Position numbers and translations under genes: made by a program. From Macrostomum lignano (Eukaryota): a DNA stretch of 29,554 nucleotides. Under the pieces are notes generated by a model. The model searched no databases. It was not told where the DNA came from and saw only the letters and a list, made by a program, of their open reading frames with translations. Of the stretch, positions 8,462-29,554 are shown piece by piece; the first letter of the stretch is position 1, and each line of letters opens with the position of its first letter. The stretch lies in contig NIVC01004981.1 in NCBI GenBank assembly GCA_002269645.1, positions 1 to 29,554 on the forward strand, in the 5' to 3' direction.

Positions 8462-9718
8462 CTTGAACTAATTAATTACTACACCTTTCCACGCAAATGC
8501 TTCGTATACTTTGTCTGTATGGTTTCTGATATGACAATGTCTGTTGCATTGAGCAAGTTCACATATGGAGCGACATTAGCGATAAGCGTGTGACAATTGC
8601 GCGTTGCCTTTTATGTGGCCGTATGTCTCATAAGTTTATACCATAGACAAATTTTGCAAGGTTGATATAGCTATAGATAAAGACGTTTTTCTTTTCAACA
8701 ACAGAACACGTTGTCAGCCAGTCAAGCGAGTCATGAGAGGCAAGACATCGTCACAGTGCGCGTCTCAGGGCCTGGGCGCGAACCTAGGCCGCACCGACAG
8801 CAGTGTCCGGGGCACCGGCATCAGCTAGCAGGCAGTCGACGAAACGCCGAGCGCGCGCCCGTCCTCGCCGGTGGGGTACCTGCCAGCAGCGTCAGCAGCA
8901 GCACCTTCGTACGTGCTGCTACTTCGGCGTCGAGGACCCCCTATCGGCGCCGACCGGCCGGATCATCGCGTTCGTACGTGCTGTGGGGCGCCTGAGCCCC
9001 CGCCAATATTGACGCCGAAGCGTCAACGGCGTGCCGGGAAACAGAAGAAGAAGAAGAAGCAGCACCTTCTGCACCGATTGTGGACATGATTTGGACTGCC
9101 AGCCGGAGTCGCCGACGTCGCAGCAGTTCGCTGGGACGGGACAGGCCGGTGCGACGATAGTGCCGCATTGGTGCCTCGCTCGTAGCCGATCTTAAATACG
9201 ATCGCAAGAACTACCAATGGGTTTAGTGACAATGCAGTTCAGCCGAATGCGTTTGCTTTGCTGTTGCTGTTTTATTGCATGACCCTTTTACTCCTTTTTA
9301 CTGTAAACATTACTATGTTTTTGGTTGTACACGCATGCTACAAATCTTTACTCACCCCAGCCAGCATTTAGTATGCGCAAGAAGCATCGCAGGGCTCAAA
9401 TAATTAATTGATGGCGATTCAACTCTCGGGAAGAACTACAAAATTAAATGGTGCATCAAACAACGAGGACTTAGCGGAGTGAACTGCAGTGCCAGTTCAG
9501 TTGTTTAAAATTCAGAGCCTTAGACACGGACCTAAAAAGGAGATGAAAACATCCTGGGAGTTGGAAGTCGAATGAGACTCGCTGAGTCATCGGTTGCTAC
9601 ACTAGTTCAGATCAACAAAGGAGGCCAGAGGTAACTGGGAAACATCATTTTCAGTGCGGGCGCAGAGTTTCCCATTGTCCCATGCAGCCTCTGCCAGTCT
9701 CCATAGATAGAAACGGGA

Positions 9719-9721
<3 letters not shown>

Positions 9722-9759
<38 letters not shown>
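9722..9759. repeat. (AG)19 microsatellite in the intergenic region between divergent genes
   Basis: Read directly. Confidence 0.95.
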
Positions 9760-9761
<2 letters not shown>

Positions 9762-9944
9762 CTGTTTAATAATTAACTGAGTCTTCTAGCTGAGCATTCG
9801 TTAATAATAAATTAGCGCAGATCGGCAAACGGCTTCAGACCATAAAGATAGCGCAACCCGCTCTGCATCCATGAAATGCGGTTTAAACAAGCTCAGTTTT
9901 CGATCGCCCAGGTAAGCTCATAGCCCATCAAGAACTCTGAGACT

Positions 9945-29554
<19,610 letters not shown>

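Overview
Eukaryotic (invertebrate metazoan) genomic DNA with short GT-AG introns; no prokaryotic features, rRNA, intact tRNA or CRISPR array. Left to right: (1) a 1,616-bp internally deleted P-superfamily DNA transposon (170-1785) with ~94-bp TIRs, a perfect 8-bp target-site duplication and a spliced THAP (C2CH) reading frame; (2) two decayed non-LTR retrotransposon 3' fragments in opposite orientations, plus small repeats (2600-3900); (3) a minus-strand BTB-BACK-6xKelch gene (KLHL10-like, 4435-8461) whose introns hold a 25/27-bp minisatellite with a 79-bp higher-order period and stacked tRNA-derived SINE copies; (4) divergently oriented, a plus-strand usherin (USH2A) orthologue starting at 9945 with 21 exons resolved by hand (signal peptide, LamG-like, laminin N-terminal, 10 laminin-EGF, FN3 series, two LamG, Cys-rich insert), running off the window end. 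Usherin intron 2 holds a ~2.6-kb, indel-free 39-bp tandem array made of a constant core and a variable cassette; other long introns hold SINEs. A cluster of small frameshifts after 28620 looks like sequence error. Most ORF-track entries are exon pieces, antisense shadows or repeat artefacts. The species cannot be established from the sequence alone.
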